Assembly (NCBI RefSeq): GCF_011045215.1
Contig: NZ_CP049201.1
Length of the DNA: 64,000 nucleotides
Reading direction: 5' to 3' (one strand)
From: Escherichia coli
GTDB lineage: Bacteria > Pseudomonadota > Gammaproteobacteria > Enterobacterales > Enterobacteriaceae
Translations under genes and position numbers: made by a program
The notes under the pieces: generated by a model
Told to the model about the DNA's origin: nothing
Database searches by the model: none
The model's input: the letters and a program-made list of their open reading frames with translations, nothing else
Shown: positions 19,233 through 28,640 of the stretch, in pieces
Layout of the letters: every line of letters begins with the position of its first letter
Position numbering within the stretch: position 1 is the stretch's first letter

Positions 19233-19484
19233 ATGTCTTTTACATTTGATAAGTCTGCTCCATTCCCCCAAAAATTTTGGGTGGACAGTATTACTGGAAC
19301 CGAGTCAAAAATTTTTAGCACCTCAGGAATGCTCAATCGCGGAGGAGTAAAAATACTTGCCCAGGAATTCCATACACAGGAACTAAATTACGGGGCTTAT
19401 CACAAACTGGAGTTGATAATGGATGCAACCCAAATTGATGAACTGATCGTTGCCCTACAAAAGCTAAAAGAAAAGATGTCATAA
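19233..19484 (+). CDS. hypothetical protein, 83 aa, opposite strand to the surrounding operon
   Basis: Strong Shine-Dalgarno AAAGGAGG 6 nt upstream of ATG; stop abuts the stop of the convergent minus-strand gene. Confidence 0.45.
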   Translation: MSFTFDKSAPFPQKFWVDSITGTESKIFSTSGMLNRGGVKILAQEFHTQELNYGAYHKLELIMDATQIDELIVALQKLKEKMS

Positions 19485-19787
19485 TCACCCCCTAAAAATT
19501 ACGTGGCGCAGCGGTTGAGCTTTGCTGTAGTCGATCTCATCGCCATACTCAATATCAAGAGCTTGTCCCTGCGCCAGTTCCATCCACCGAATGTGATCTG
19601 CGGCTTTTTCTTTATCTTTGATATTGATGAACAACAGCGTTGACGAGGGATACCCGTTAACAAGATGGCGATGCAGAGAGAGTCGTATCGCATACCAGGC
19701 AACATTTCGGGCTATACGCTGAAGCAATGTTTCGGCTTCCAGTGTTTTAAGTCGGTATTTTTTCAGTTCATATTTTTCCATCACCAC
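19485..19787 (-). CDS. hypothetical protein, 100 aa
   Basis: ORF with AAGGTGA Shine-Dalgarno; lies between the ydaT-like and O-like genes where Rac has none. Confidence 0.4.
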   Translation of the reverse strand: MVMEKYELKKYRLKTLEAETLLQRIARNVAWYAIRLSLHRHLVNGYPSSTLLFINIKDKEKAADHIRWMELAQGQALDIEYGDEIDYSKAQPLRHVIFRG

Positions 19788-19793
19788 ATCACC

Positions 19794-20216
19794 TTAATGA
19801 ACAACAACAGAATCGCCGGACGAACCGCCGCCGCTGAAATGCGCTTTACGGTAAACGGCCTGGACTGCGTCATCATGCGCATCAATTGCCGTACTCAGTG
19901 CGTCCTGTGCCGCAAGTAATGCCCGTCGTTCCAGGGTATCGAAGATGCTGAGTCGGTGGCGCAGCTCGCGCGGAAGGATTGCCAGAATTGCTGGGATCAG
20001 CTTCTGAATTTTTTCTCTTTGCGTTTTCGTTTCACCTTTCAACCAACGGTGATAGATATTCTGCTGATTGTTCCAGTCCTTGCCTGGTACCAGGGGCAAT
20101 TCGCCGCCCCCCTGGCGCAGATATTCTTCAGTAATTGCATTGGCTACCCATGCCTGCCCTTTTTCGGCTGCCAGGGCTAACAGCACTGATTCGATGTGCT
20201 CATGCCTGATTTTCAT
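19794..20216 (-). CDS. ydaT: YdaT-like protein, 140 aa
   Basis: Second gene of the cro-side operon divergent from the repressor; length and position match Rac YdaT. Confidence 0.55.
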   Translation of the reverse strand: MKIRHEHIESVLLALAAEKGQAWVANAITEEYLRQGGGELPLVPGKDWNNQQNIYHRWLKGETKTQREKIQKLIPAILAILPRELRHRLSIFDTLERRALLAAQDALSTAIDAHDDAVQAVYRKAHFSGGGSSGDSVVVH

Positions 20217-20502
20217 GAATCAACTCCTGTGCATTTTGTGTGTTAGTCTTACATCCAACAGGTAAACCATCGGTCGGATTCGGGTAGATATCAGGCCGAA
20301 GTTCATGAGGTGTAACCTCGAAATTCGTAGCCTCAGCGATACGCAATACCTTTTCGGGGCTTAACTGACTACGGCCAGTAGCTACGAGGCTAATCATTGA
20401 TTGCGAACAACCAGCGAGCGCGGCCAAACAAGACTGTCGTACACGATTTTTTTTCAAATATTCATCTAATGTCATAAGGGTCACCTTAGTAATGCCTGTC
20501 AA
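20200..20502 (-). CDS. ydaS: Cro-like HTH regulator (YdaS-like), about 100 aa
   Basis: HTH motif SCLAALAGCSQSMISLVATGRSQLS; divergent from the repressor gene across a 77-bp AT-rich region. Confidence 0.55.
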   Translation of the reverse strand: MTGITKVTLMTLDEYLKKNRVRQSCLAALAGCSQSMISLVATGRSQLSPEKVLRIAEATNFEVTPHELRPDIYPNPTDGLPVGCKTNTQNAQELIHENQA

Positions 20503-20579
20503 AATATTAACTATATTAATTTATATGATCAATACCCATATCAGTTTGAGATTATGAGTTGTGTTCATAAAATGGTGGT
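20503..20579. promoter_or_regulatory. divergent promoter/operator region between the repressor and cro-like genes
   Basis: 77-bp AT-rich intergenic with repeated ttaactatattaa-like half-sites between divergent HTH regulators. Confidence 0.4.
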
Positions 20580-21044
20580 ATGAGAAGAAAACGCGAAGAA
20601 ATCGCATCGCCAGAAGCTACGCAGCGTCTGCGCGCAGTCTGGGATGCAAAAAAAAGAGAGCTCAAACTGACTCAGGAGCTTGCTGCTGAGCTGATGGGCT
20701 TTGAGACTCAATCCACAGTTAGCCACTATCTCAACGGAAAGGCTCCACTAAACACTGATGCAGCATTAAAATTCGCTGTATTACTAAGAGTTAAGCCTGA
20801 AGAGTTGAGGCCTGATTTAGCTGATCTGATGAATTACGTCCGTTCTTCAGGAACTTATGACGAAAGTTTCGAAGGCGAAGGTTGGCGGATGGTTAACAAG
20901 CAACAAGCTGATTTACTGGATCTTTTTGAAATCCTACCCGAATCAGAAAAAGCAAAACTAATCGAAAGGCTTAAAGGTCAGAATGAACTCTACAAAGAAG
21001 CGTTTGAAAAGATGCTGGCAGCTCAGAAACGCATGAAGAAATAG
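20580..21044 (+). CDS. racR: prophage repressor with cI-like N-terminal HTH and no LexA-type peptidase domain (RacR-like), 154 aa
   Basis: HTH segment LKLTQELAAELMGFETQSTVSHYLNG resembles lambda cI N-domain; C-terminus is a short helical domain; followed by a terminator. Confidence 0.6.
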   Translation: MRRKREEIASPEATQRLRAVWDAKKRELKLTQELAAELMGFETQSTVSHYLNGKAPLNTDAALKFAVLLRVKPEELRPDLADLMNYVRSSGTYDESFEGEGWRMVNKQQADLLDLFEILPESEKAKLIERLKGQNELYKEAFEKMLAAQKRMKK

Positions 21045-21063
21045 CTCCCGCAACCTCGTAACT

Positions 21064-21090
21064 AAACCGCCATTTTTGGCGGTTTTTTTG
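21064..21090 (+). terminator. rho-independent terminator after the repressor gene
   Basis: aaaccgcc-atttt-tggcggttt hairpin followed by a run of 7 T. Confidence 0.6.
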
Positions 21091-21162
21091 TCCCCTCTGC
21101 CCCCTCACCTTACTTTTTTATCAAAAAAAACACTAAAAATTTCATTACGATAGTGCATTTTT

Positions 21163-21189
21163 ATCAACAAAATGCATATTTATGTTGAT
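21163..21189. promoter_or_regulatory. operator-like palindrome in the putative early-left promoter region
   Basis: ATCAACA-n13-TGTTGAT inverted repeat in AT-rich DNA upstream of the first early-left gene. Confidence 0.3.
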
Positions 21190-21279
21190 CACTCATATGA
21201 ATATAACTAATATTATTGCAGAAGTAGCACGGCGCTGTAGGTTTTAGTTCCGCCACCCGGCGTTAAGGGGAGAGATAAG

Positions 21280-21585
21280 ATGACATTTACTCAGGGTATT
21301 GACCCGCTAGAAACGAATAATGCTGTATTTTGTCTGGCGTATGAATTGTCTGTACAGGCATCAACAATGGCAAAGGAAAGAGAGCTAACTCCAGGGCAGG
21401 CACGTCTCGCACTGGAACTCGCCAGCCGGGTATCAGTAGCAAAAAAAATCGCACCAGCCGTAATGGCACGAAACCTGGCTGATGCAATTACAGATCTCAG
21501 GTCACTACAACCATACAATTATCATGTCGAAGAGGTATTAGAAAAATTAATCGCTGCTGCCGACGCCATCATTGATGAACTGTAA
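21280..21585 (+). CDS. hypothetical protein, 101 aa, first gene of the early-left operon
   Basis: AAGGGGAGAG Shine-Dalgarno; occupies the position of N in lambda but is not Arg-rich. Confidence 0.4.
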   Translation: MTFTQGIDPLETNNAVFCLAYELSVQASTMAKERELTPGQARLALELASRVSVAKKIAPAVMARNLADAITDLRSLQPYNYHVEEVLEKLIAAADAIIDEL

Positions 21586-22195
21586 TAATTGATATGCGGG
21601 AATTTCTATTCCTGAGAGATGCATTTTTCACGCCCGGACAACGCCCGGCAATTGCCAGATTCAGTTTTTCACGCTGCTCTGGCGTAAGAAGTTTAACAAG
21701 TTCTTCAAGAACAAGCGCGGTAGCCTCTAATCTGGCGGAAAGATAATCAATATTTTTGTGTTGAGATTGAATAGGCATAAGCAATTCCTTACTGGTTGTG
21801 TGAGAGCGCCAGTATACCACCGAGCCTGAAGTGGTAAAAAAAGACAAGCACACAACACGAAAGCGTACGGAGGAGGTGTTTTTCCCTTAGAAGGCTTGTC
21901 GTTAAATTTCTTCGACCGTGCGCTTCCGGTTGTGAATAACAACATTGCTGTGTGTAGTCTTGGCGGCATCAGTTTTTTCTTGAAGTTCGGCTGATGTCCG
22001 CCCTTTTTAAAGTGAATTTTGTGATGCGGTGAATGCGGCTCAGCGCACGCGGAACAGTTAAAAGGCCAGTTGACCTCCGTATTGGTTCTTATGGGTGGGT
22101 TCTCTGTATCCGGCGTTAATTGTTAACTGGTTAACGTCACCTGGAGGCACCAGGCACCGCATCGACAAAATTCATTTGTGAAAATGGAGATAATT

Positions 22196-22417
22196 ATGAT
22201 TGCTCATCACTTCGGAACTGATGAAATACCACGTCAGTGTGTGACTCCTGGCGATTATGTTCTTCATGAAGGTCGGACATATATCGCCTCAGCAAACAAT
22301 ATTAAAAAGCGAAAACTTTATATTCGTAGCCTGACTACAAAAACATGCATTTCTGACTGCATGATTAAAGTCTTCCTCGGTCGTGATGGTTTACCTGTAA
22401 AGGCGGAGTCATGGTGA
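22196..22417 (+). CDS. kilR: KilR-like cell-division inhibitor, 73 aa
   Basis: [35 protein letters not shown]...; length and position match Rac KilR. Confidence 0.7.
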   Translation: MIAHHFGTDEIPRQCVTPGDYVLHEGRTYIASANNIKKRKLYIRSLTTKTCISDCMIKVFLGRDGLPVKAESW

Positions 22418-22587
22418 TGACTAAGAAAATAAAATGTGCTTACCACCTTTGCAATAAAGGAATTGAAGAAAGCAAAAGCATTAAAAGACCACTTCATTTC
22501 ATGCGTGGAGTTATCCCAACGACGGAAATGAAAAAATATTGTAGTGAAAATTGTGCCGAAAAAGACCAGATGGCACACGAACTCTAA
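22417..22587 (+). CDS. ydaE: YdaE-like small Cys-rich protein, 56 aa; not in the ORF track
   Basis: ATG overlaps the kilR stop (TGATG); translation [56 protein letters not shown]. Confidence 0.7.
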   Translation: MTKKIKCAYHLCNKGIEESKSIKRPLHFMRGVIPTTEMKKYCSENCAEKDQMAHEL

Positions 22588-22661
22588 TTAACTGACTATT
22601 CGAAACTGAATTTATGCCAGCAATGGCAGGGATTCTTTCAACCTTAAAAAAGGAAACAGCA

Positions 22662-22961
22662 ATGCACAAGCATATTAAATGTGAAATTGAACTTGATGTT
22701 ATTAACGATTCTCTCGCCGAATTTAAATGCGGGAATACATTACATGGTTTTATTCAGATTTCCCAAAAAGAAAACATTACGGTAATTATTGATGGTGGTT
22801 ACGTTCTGGGAACATTTGATTGTGATGCATGTGCCCTTAAAGAAGTCGCATTACTCGCAGCTCGTATTGAAGAGGCTGACAAGAAATACGGTATCAGTTA
22901 TCAACGACTGAAAGAACTCTCTTATATCGCATCATCAGTTCATTTCTTTTATGCAATCTGA
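22662..22961 (+). CDS. racC: RacC-like protein, about 99 aa
   Basis: Position between ydaE and the recE-like gene as in Rac; start taken at MHKHIKCEIE. Confidence 0.5.
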   Translation: MHKHIKCEIELDVINDSLAEFKCGNTLHGFIQISQKENITVIIDGGYVLGTFDCDACALKEVALLAARIEEADKKYGISYQRLKELSYIASSVHFFYAI

Positions 22962-22985
22962 ATCTGAGTTGAGGTTAAAAAAATA

Positions 22986-24887
22986 ATGAGCATAAAACAA
23001 CACTTCCTGTTACGGAAAGCGAAAAAATCATCCGGTGAACCTGACGCAGTTCTGTGGGCAAGCGACGATCTCGAATCGACCAGTGCCACTCTGGACTACC
23101 TGATTGTTAAGTCAGGTAAAAAACTGAGCAACTATTTTAAAGCTGTTGCTACGAATTTTCCTGTCGTTAACGACCTGCCCCCAGAAGGGGAGATCGATTT
23201 TACGTGGTGTGAACGCTATCAACTCGGCAAGGACTCCATCACCTGGGAACTAAAACCAGGTGCAGCACCAGACGACGTTCACCATCAGGAGAATATCCCG
23301 GAAACTGAAGAACTGGCTGGAGACCAGGAAGAAAACGCGCAGGCGGACGCTCACGGGGATTGCCAGGATTGCGAAGTTCCTGTAGCCACACTCAGTCTTA
23401 CTCATCGTTTCCTTCATCTCTTCTTTTTCGGTCAGATGGAAGGTGGAAAATACAGTAGTCACGCCACGCCGGAACAGCGCAATACCGTCATCCGGATGGA
23501 GCTGGATACGGAGGACAGCTACCTCCAGAGTCTGCTTACAGCAGTACGCTCTCATCCTGAACTGGATAAGCTGACAAACCACCATCTTGGCAGACTGGCG
23601 GAGTCTGTATCCAGAGTGTTTACCCACACAGAAACCCGTTGCATCAGCCCCGCTGAATTCGACAAATTCATTTCCACCTGGATGAAAACTGATTATCTGG
23701 ATCAGGGATTACTGACAAAAGAATGGGCGAAGGGAAACTGCGTATCTGAAATCAATCGCACCCCGTCGGGCGCTAATGCCGGTGGCGGTATCCTTACCGA
23801 CCGTGGAGAAGGTTTTGTCCATGATGATGCATCAGTAGCGCGTGACGTAGCCGCTGGCGTACTGGCACGTTCAATGGATATCGATATTTACAATCCACAT
23901 CCAGCACACGCTAAACGTATTGGGGAAATTGTCGCTGAAAATAAACCGCCATTTTCTGTTTTTTTCAGCAAATTCATCACCATGCCTGGCCACAAGGATT
24001 TCTCCCGCGCCATCGTGGTTGCGTCCGTGAAAGAAGCGCCAGTCGGTATAGAGGCTACCCCACACCATGTCACTGAATATCTGAACAGGGTGCTGACTGA
24101 AACCGATCATGCCAACCCTGATCCGGAAATCGTGGATATTGCCTGCGGTCGCTCCTCTGCCCCGATGCCACAGCGTGTAACAGAAGAAGAAAAACCGCAA
24201 CCATCTTGCGCAATGGCAGATGAACAGGCAACGGCTGAAACAGTGGAACCGGATACAAGTGAACATCATCAGGACACGCAGCCGCTGGATGCCAAGTCAC
24301 AGGCCGATGCGAAATATCAGAAACTGCGGGAAGAACTCCATGAAGCCCGGAAAAACATTCCGCCCAAAAATCCTGTCGATACAGACAAAATGCTGGCAGT
24401 CCATCGCGGTGAGTTCGTTGAAGGAATTAGCGACCCGAATGATCCGAAATGGGTGAAGGGAATTGAAACCCGCGATTCTGTGAACCAGAACCTGCCAGAA
24501 ACGGAAAAAACCAGTCAGGATGTGAAACAACCTGAGCCAGTAGTGCAACGGGAACCGGAAATAGTCTGCACCGCCTGCGGTCAGAGCGGTGGCGGCAACT
24601 GCCCTGATTGTGGCGCGGTGATGGGCGACGCAACATATCAGGAAACATTCGATGAAGAGAATCAGGCTGAAACTCAGGAAAATGATCCGGAGGAAATGGA
24701 AGGCACTGAACCATCATTAGAAAAACTCGACTGGAAAAGACAAGTGGTGATTGCGGCTGTTTATGGTTTGTGTGCGAATCCTGCAGGTATAGCCTCAGCG
24801 CCATTAATTCCGGGTATTGCAATGATGATTGCCAACAAGCTTGAAAATTTTGGGGTGACGGATGATGAGCACATACCCGATTTTTGA
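22986..24887 (+). CDS. recE: RecE N-terminal region homolog lacking the C-terminal exonuclease domain, 633 aa
   Basis: N-terminus [26 protein letters not shown] and internal blocks ([50 protein letters not shown]) match my recollection of Rac RecE residues 1 to about 600; ORF ends where the gam-like gene begins. Confidence 0.55.
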   Translation: MSIKQHFLLRKAKKSSGEPDAVLWASDDLESTSATLDYLIVKSGKKLSNYFKAVATNFPVVNDLPPEGEIDFTWCERYQLGKDSITWELKPGAAPDDVHHQENIPETEELAGDQEENAQADAHGDCQDCEVPVATLSLTHRFLHLFFFGQMEGGKYSSHATPEQRNTVIRMELDTEDSYLQSLLTAVRSHPELDKLTNHHLGRLAESVSRVFTHTETRCISPAEFDKFISTWMKTDYLDQGLLTKEWAKGNCVSEINRTPSGANAGGGILTDRGEGFVHDDASVARDVAAGVLARSMDIDIYNPHPAHAKRIGEIVAENKPPFSVFFSKFITMPGHKDFSRAIVVASVKEAPVGIEATPHHVTEYLNRVLTETDHANPDPEIVDIACGRSSAPMPQRVTEEEKPQPSCAMADEQATAETVEPDTSEHHQDTQPLDAKSQADAKYQKLREELHEARKNIPPKNPVDTDKMLAVHRGEFVEGISDPNDPKWVKGIETRDSVNQNLPETEKTSQDVKQPEPVVQREPEIVCTACGQSGGGNCPDCGAVMGDATYQETFDEENQAETQENDPEEMEGTEPSLEKLDWKRQVVIAAVYGLCANPAGIASAPLIPGIAMMIANKLENFGVTDDEHIPDF

Positions 24888-25161
24888 TCGCATTGAAGAG
24901 CTGGCATGGTCACGCCACTACCAGCAGATCGTTCGCGAAGAAAAAGAAACGGAGCTGGCAGACGACCTGGAAAAAGGTCTACCCCAGCACCTGTTTGAAT
25001 CGCTCTGCATCGACCATTTGCAACGCCACGGTGCCAGCAAACAGGCAATCAGTCGCGCATTTGATGACGATGTTGAATTTCAGGAACGCGTGGCGGAACA
25101 CATCCGGTACATGGTTGAAACCATTGCTCGTCACCAGGTTGATATTGATTTGAAGGTATAA
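24862..25161 (+). CDS. gam: Gam-like RecBCD inhibitor (short form), 99 aa
   Basis: [45 protein letters not shown]...HQVDID closely matches lambda Gam. Confidence 0.8.
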   Translation: MMSTYPIFDRIEELAWSRHYQQIVREEKETELADDLEKGLPQHLFESLCIDHLQRHGASKQAISRAFDDDVEFQERVAEHIRYMVETIARHQVDIDLKV

Positions 25162-25166
25162 AACAA

Positions 25167-25952
25167 ATGAGTACAGCACTTGCAACACTGGCCGGGAAGC
25201 TGGCTGAACGTGTCGGCATGGATTCTGTCGACCCACAGGAACTGATCACCACTCTTCGCCAGACAGCATTTAAAGGCGATGCCAGCGATGCGCAGTTCAT
25301 CGCATTGCTGATCGTCGCCAACCAATACGGCCTTAATCCGTGGACGAAAGAAATTTACGCCTTCCCTGATAAGCAGAACGGCATCGTTCCGGTGGTGGGC
25401 GTTGATGGCTGGTCCCGCATCATCAATGAAAACCAGCAGTTTGATGGCATGGACTTTGAGCAGGACAATGAATCCTGTACATGCCGGATTTACCGCAAGG
25501 ACCGTAATCATCCGATCTGCGTTACCGAATGGATGGATGAATGCCGCCGCGAACCATTCAAAACCCGCGAAGGCAGAGAAATCACCGGACCGTGGCAGTC
25601 GCATCCCAAACGAATGTTGCGGCATAAAGCCATGATTCAGTGTGCCCGTCTGGCCTTCGGATTTGCTGGTATCTATGACAAGGATGAAGCCGAGCGCATT
25701 GTCGAAAATACCGCATACACTGCAGAACGTCAGCCAGAACGCGACATCACTCCGGTTAACGATGAAACCATGCAGGAGATTAACACTCTGCTGATCGCCC
25801 TGGATAAAACATGGGATGACGACTTATTGCCGCTCTGTTCCCAGATATTTCGCCGCGACATTCGCGCATCGTCAGAACTGACACAGGCCGAAGCAGTGAA
25901 AGCTCTTGGATTCCTGAAACAGAAAGCCACTGAGCAGAAGGTGGCAGCATGA
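25167..25952 (+). CDS. bet: Bet (Red-beta) single-strand annealing protein, 261 aa
   Basis: Near-identical to lambda Bet over its length ([37 protein letters not shown]...). Confidence 0.9.
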   Translation: MSTALATLAGKLAERVGMDSVDPQELITTLRQTAFKGDASDAQFIALLIVANQYGLNPWTKEIYAFPDKQNGIVPVVGVDGWSRIINENQQFDGMDFEQDNESCTCRIYRKDRNHPICVTEWMDECRREPFKTREGREITGPWQSHPKRMLRHKAMIQCARLAFGFAGIYDKDEAERIVENTAYTAERQPERDITPVNDETMQEINTLLIALDKTWDDDLLPLCSQIFRRDIRASSELTQAEAVKALGFLKQKATEQKVAA

Positions 25953-26629
25953 CACCGGACATTATCCTGCAGCGTACAGGGATCGACGTGAGAGCTGTCG
26001 AACAGGGGGATGATGCATGGCACAAATTACGGCTCGGCGTCATCACCGCTTCAGAAGTTCACAACGTGATAGCAAAGCCCCGCTCAGGAAAGAAGTGGCC
26101 TGACATGAAAATGTCCTACTTCCACACCCTGCTGGCTGAGGTTTGCACCGGTGTGGCTCCGGAAGTTAATGCTAAGGCGCTGGCCTGGGGAAAACAGTAC
26201 GAGAACGACGCCAGAACCCTGTTTGAATTCACTTCCGGCGTGAATGTTACTGAATCCCCGATCATCTATCGCGACGAAAGTATGCGCACCGCCTGCTCTC
26301 CCGATGGTTTATGCAGTGACGGCAACGGCCTTGAACTGAAATGCCCGTTTACCTCCCGGGATTTCATGAAATTCCGGCTCGGTGGTTTCGAGGCAATAAA
26401 ATCGGCTTACATGGCCCAGGTGCAGTACAGCATGTGGGTGACGCGAAAAGATGCCTGGTACTTTGCCAACTATGACCCGCGTATGAAGCGTGAAGGCCTG
26501 CATTATGTCGTGGTTGAGCGGGATGAAAAGTACATGGCGAGTTTTGACGAGATGGTGCCGGAGTTCATCGAAAAAATGGACGAGGCACTGGCTGAAATTG
26601 GTTTTGTATTTGGGGAGCAATGGAAATGA
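25949..26629 (+). CDS. exo: lambda-type Exo (Red-alpha) 5'-3' exonuclease, 226 aa
   Basis: Near-identical to lambda Exo ([40 protein letters not shown]...). Confidence 0.9.
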   Translation: MTPDIILQRTGIDVRAVEQGDDAWHKLRLGVITASEVHNVIAKPRSGKKWPDMKMSYFHTLLAEVCTGVAPEVNAKALAWGKQYENDARTLFEFTSGVNVTESPIIYRDESMRTACSPDGLCSDGNGLELKCPFTSRDFMKFRLGGFEAIKSAYMAQVQYSMWVTRKDAWYFANYDPRMKREGLHYVVVERDEKYMASFDEMVPEFIEKMDEALAEIGFVFGEQWK

Positions 26630-26856
26630 GCGCAGCCACAAAGCTCACAGGAGAAAAACCAGTGCGATACACAAAAATTAAACCATGTCCATTTTGTGGT
26701 TGTCCATCAGTAACGGTGAAAGCCATTTCAGGATATTACCGAGCGAAGTGTAACGGATGCGAATCCCGAACCGGTTATGGTGGAAGTGAAAAGGAAGCAC
26801 TCGAAAGATGGAATAAACGAACCACTGGAAATAATAATGGAGGTGTTCATGTATAA
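26620..26856 (+). CDS. ralR: RalR-like restriction-alleviation protein / type I toxin
   Basis: [48 protein letters not shown] matches Rac RalR. Confidence 0.7.
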   Translation: MEMSAATKLTGEKPVRYTKIKPCPFCGCPSVTVKAISGYYRAKCNGCESRTGYGGSEKEALERWNKRTTGNNNGGVHV

Positions 26857-27037
26857 AATTACCGCCACTATTGAAAAGGAAGGTGGCACTCCTACTAACT
26901 GGACAAGATATTCAAAATCTAAACTAACGAAATCAGAATGCGAAAAAATGCTCTCAGGTAAAAAAGAAGCGGGCGTTTCCAGAGAGCAGAAAGTAAAACT
27001 GATAAATTTTAATTGCGAGAAACTTCAGTCCTGGTGA
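26837..27037 (+). CDS. ydaC: YdaC-like small protein; start uncertain
   Basis: [23 protein letters not shown]...; position between ralR and xis as in Rac. Confidence 0.5.
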   Translation: MEVFMYKITATIEKEGGTPTNWTRYSKSKLTKSECEKMLSGKKEAGVSREQKVKLINFNCEKLQSW

Positions 27038-27136
27038 ATTGCATTGTATTCAAATTAAAACTTCATAGCTGATTATTAATAATCAACATCGGGCGTCAAT
27101 TTCAGTCTAACATTGGCGCCTGCCAGAGGTGATGCG

Positions 27137-27352
27137 ATGGCACAAGTAATCTTTAATGAAGAGTGGATGGTTGAATACGGCCTGATGCTTCGCACTGGTC
27201 TGGGGGCCAGACAAATTGAAGCATACCGCCAGAACTGTTGGGTGGAAGGCTTCCACTTCAAACGAGTATCTCCTTTAGGGAAGCCAGACAGTAAGCGAGG
27301 GATTATCTGGTACAACTATCCAAAGATAAATCAGTTTATCAAAGACTCATGA
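27137..27352 (+). CDS. ydaQ: excisionase-like protein (YdaQ/XisR-like), 71 aa
   Basis: [32 protein letters not shown]...; immediately upstream of integrase. Confidence 0.65.
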   Translation: MAQVIFNEEWMVEYGLMLRTGLGARQIEAYRQNCWVEGFHFKRVSPLGKPDSKRGIIWYNYPKINQFIKDS

Positions 27353-27353
27353 T

Positions 27354-28589
27354 ATGTCTAAATTACCAACAGGTGTCGAGATTCGAGGTAAATACATTCG
27401 CATCTGGTTCATGTTTCGAGGAAAACGATGCCGGGAAACATTGAAAGGCTGGGAGGTTACTAACAGTAACATTAAAAAAGCCGGGAATTTAAGAGCGTTG
27501 ATAGTTCATGAAATCAATTCCGGTGAATTTGAGTATTTAAGACGTTTCCCCCAGTCCGGCACTGGGGCAAAAATGGTGACAACTAGGGTCATAAAAACGT
27601 TCGGGGAGCTTTGTGATATCTGGACAAAAATTAAAGAGACAGAGTTAACAACAAACACAATGAAGAAAACGAAATCACAATTAAAAACACTCAAGATAAT
27701 AATTTGTGAGAGTACCCCGATATCGCATATTCGTTATAGCGATATCTTAAACTACCGGAATGAACTGCTGCATGGAGAAACGCTTTACCTGGATAATCCA
27801 AGATCCAACAAAAAAGGAAGAACCGTGCGCACAGTTGATAACTATATCGCCCTACTCTGTTCGCTGTTACGTTTTGCGTATCAGTCGGGATTTATATCAA
27901 CCAAACCATTTGAAGGAGTAAAAAAATTACAGCGAAACAGAATAAAGCCTGACCCGTTATCTAAAACAGAATTCAATGCATTAATGGAAAGTGAAAAAGG
28001 ACAGAGCCAGAACTTATGGAAATTTGCCGTTTACTCAGGACTTCGTCACGGGGAACTGGCAGCTCTGGCGTGGGAGGATGTGGATCTCGAGAAGGGAATT
28101 GTGAATGTCAGAAGAAACCTGACGATACTTGATATGTTCGGTCCCCCAAAAACAAATGCCGGGATCCGGACAGTAACACTACTGCAGCCTGCTCTTGAAG
28201 CACTGAAGGAGCAATACAAACTGACCGGACATCATCGCAAAAGCGAAATCACCTTTTATCATAGGGAGTACGGCAGAACCGAAAAGCAAAAACTGCATTT
28301 TGTTTTCATGCCCAGGATGTGTAACGGAAAACAGAAACCTTATTACTCGGTAAGCAGTTTGGGTGCGAGATGGAATGCAGCAGTAAAACGTGCTGGTATT
28401 CGCCGCCGTAATCCGTACCATACGCGGCATACTTTTGCCTGCTGGCTGTTGACGGCAGGAGCGAACCCGGCGTTTATAGCCAGCCAGATGGGGCATGAAA
28501 CTGCGCAGATGGTGTATGAAATTTACGGTATGTGGATTGATGACATGAACGACGAACAGGTAGCCATGTTGAATGCGCGGTTATCGTAA
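27354..28589 (+). CDS. intR: tyrosine-type site-specific integrase (IntR-like), 411 aa
   Basis: C-terminal catalytic region with R...HTRHT...Y residues; last phage gene before ttcA. Confidence 0.85.
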   Translation: MSKLPTGVEIRGKYIRIWFMFRGKRCRETLKGWEVTNSNIKKAGNLRALIVHEINSGEFEYLRRFPQSGTGAKMVTTRVIKTFGELCDIWTKIKETELTTNTMKKTKSQLKTLKIIICESTPISHIRYSDILNYRNELLHGETLYLDNPRSNKKGRTVRTVDNYIALLCSLLRFAYQSGFISTKPFEGVKKLQRNRIKPDPLSKTEFNALMESEKGQSQNLWKFAVYSGLRHGELAALAWEDVDLEKGIVNVRRNLTILDMFGPPKTNAGIRTVTLLQPALEALKEQYKLTGHHRKSEITFYHREYGRTEKQKLHFVFMPRMCNGKQKPYYSVSSLGARWNAAVKRAGIRRRNPYHTRHTFACWLLTAGANPAFIASQMGHETAQMVYEIYGMWIDDMNDEQVAMLNARLS

Positions 28590-28640
28590 TTGCAAAGTTT
28601 GCCCCCAATTTGCCCCATTTAGTACCAGAGAACTGAAATA

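Noticed and set aside
21569-21853. 94-aa minus-strand ORF as a SieB-like exclusion protein
   Set aside because: SieB proteins are membrane proteins of about 160-190 aa; this translation is hydrophilic and the ORF overlaps the end of the 101-aa plus-strand gene. Left unannotated.
22986-24887. Possibility that the 633-aa protein is a full RecE exonuclease
   Set aside because: The reading frame ends before the C-terminal exonuclease domain expected in RecE; exonuclease function is instead supplied by the lambda-type exo gene downstream.
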